Program-made: the position numbers and the translations under genes
Virus genome (UHGV): UHGV-1486778
Source of the DNA: a virus
Length of the DNA stretch: 27,885 bases
Reading direction: 5' to 3' (one strand)
The notes under the pieces: model-generated
Seen by the model: the letters and a program-made list of their open reading frames with translations, nothing else
Told to the model about the DNA's origin: nothing
The model's database searches: none
Shown here: piece by piece, positions 27,090 through 27,885 of the stretch
Layout: each line of letters begins with the position of its first letter
Position numbering within the stretch: position 1 is the stretch's first letter

Positions 27090-27885
27090 TTATTTGACGT
27101 AAATGTGGTTTCTGTATTTGACAAAAATCACATCACACACACTTTCAATATCTTCAGGTTGACCATAAATTTTCTTCACAATATTCAATTGTTCTTTATT
27201 CTCAAGAATAAAGAAATTATTTCCTTTGTTATACCATTCGCTATTTGTAAGCCAGTTGTCTCTTTTAATTTCATTGTTATCAAAAAGTATATTTGCTATT
27301 TTTATGTCTCCATTCACACCAACAGAGTTGGTAAATGCAAAAGGGGCATATCCATAATTCACTTTGTGCTCGTTGATTTTTTCTCTAATACATGATATCT
27401 GATTGTATCTATTATCAGTGGAGCCATTAATATTTATTGTTTTAATTCCTGATATGATGCCCAAAAAAGCTATTAATAAAATAATGCTTTTTTTATTAAA
27501 TTTAGATCTTGACAAAAGAATTACTGCCATAATGAAGACGGGAACAAGGTATCTTATTGTCCATATATTTCTTGGGAGGTTACTACCAATATAAGCAGAT
27601 GTCATGATTAAAATAGACAATGACAAACATATATCAATAACGCTTCTGTTTTTAAAAAGATTTCTGAAAGTGAAGTAAATTAATGCAACAACACCAGCAA
27701 AGCGTATTGCTTTAGATAATAGATGCAGTGATGGTGTTATCTGCTCACCAAATATGTCTGCATTAAAAAACAATAAAGTTCCACTTACTGCGGTATTTAT
27801 ATTAACTAAAATATTGTCATACTCAACAATCTTTACATCTGTTAGTCCTGGCAATGTAAAGCTTCCAAGGTTTAAAAACAAAAAA
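27090..27885 (-). CDS. Polytopic membrane protein, 3' part only (5' end beyond the window edge); candidate serotype-specific O-antigen glucosyltransferase (Gtr type-specific / GtrC-like)
   Basis: Very AT-rich gene convergent with the tail genes. Several TM helices followed by a hydrophilic C-terminal domain of about 130 aa. The frame is still open at the window edge. Its position after the tail fibre genes matches gtr cassettes in SfV-like and CPS-53-like prophages. Confidence 0.45.
   Translation of the reverse strand, partial: FLFLNLGSFTLPGLTDVKIVEYDNILVNINTAVSGTLLFFNADIFGEQITPSLHLLSKAIRFAGVVALIYFTFRNLFKNRSVIDICLSLSILIMTSAYIGSNLPRNIWTIRYLVPVFIMAVILLSRSKFNKKSIILLIAFLGIISGIKTININGSTDNRYNQISCIREKINEHKVNYGYAPFAFTNSVGVNGDIKIANILFDNNEIKRDNWLTNSEWYNKGNNFFILENKEQLNIVKKIYGQPEDIESVCDVIFVKYRNHIYVK

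Larger units (their letters stand above)
1..27885 (+). mobile_element. Prophage segment (partial): lambdoid early/late regulation, phage-21-type lysis, HK97-type head, Mu-like contractile tail
   Basis: Unidirectional, densely packed phage gene order with recognisable NinB/RusA/Q, holin-endolysin-spanin, terminase-portal-protease-capsid and sheath-tube-tape measure-baseplate-fibre modules. Neither end of the element is in the window. Confidence 0.9.

Noticed and set aside
1-27885. tRNA, rRNA, integrase, transposase or IS elements
   Set aside because: No cloverleaf-like conserved tRNA sequence, no rRNA-like segment and no recombinase/transposase-like ORF were recognised. The integration module is presumably outside the window.

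Overview
The whole window is one contiguous stretch of a temperate-phage (prophage) genome, almost entirely on the + strand, with no rRNA, tRNA, CRISPR or IS elements recognised. It is a mosaic of four modules. (1) 1-4686: the end of the replication module (a DnaB-family helicase lacking the N-terminal domain), a tR2-like terminator, then a tightly coupled nin-type region (two unknown ORFs, NinB, NinE, NinX-like, NinF, orf70, YbcO-like nuclease, RusA, NinH) ending in a lambda-type Q antiterminator. (2) 4687-6475: a PR'/qut/6S RNA/tR' late control region that matches phage lambda as I recall it, joined to a phage-21-type lysis cassette (dual-start pinholin, SAR endolysin, Rz with embedded Rz1). 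(3) 7206-14721: HNH endonuclease, small and large terminase, portal, prohead protease, HK97-fold major capsid protein and head-tail joining genes. (4) 14718-26696: a Mu-like contractile tail module (gp37/gp38-like, sheath, tube, chaperone with -1 frameshift, tape measure, gpN/gpP/gp45/gp46/gp47/gp48-like baseplate proteins, tail fibre, tail fibre assembly). The right edge is an AT-rich block with a convergent, truncated membrane-protein gene that looks like an O-antigen-modifying (Gtr-type) gene. The overall layout resembles SfV-like and e14-like enterobacterial prophages. I could not assign a function to any candidate novel system from sequence alone. The loci most worth follow-up are the two-gene cargo between the lysis and packaging modules (6463-7209), the acidic-protein/small-membrane-protein pair at the ren/ninA slot (1375-1923), the lipoprotein with its own terminator inside the tail operon (19627-20342), and the apparent relic of an invertible tail-fibre switch (25636-26817). 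All protein-family calls rest on recalled similarity and synteny, not on database searches.
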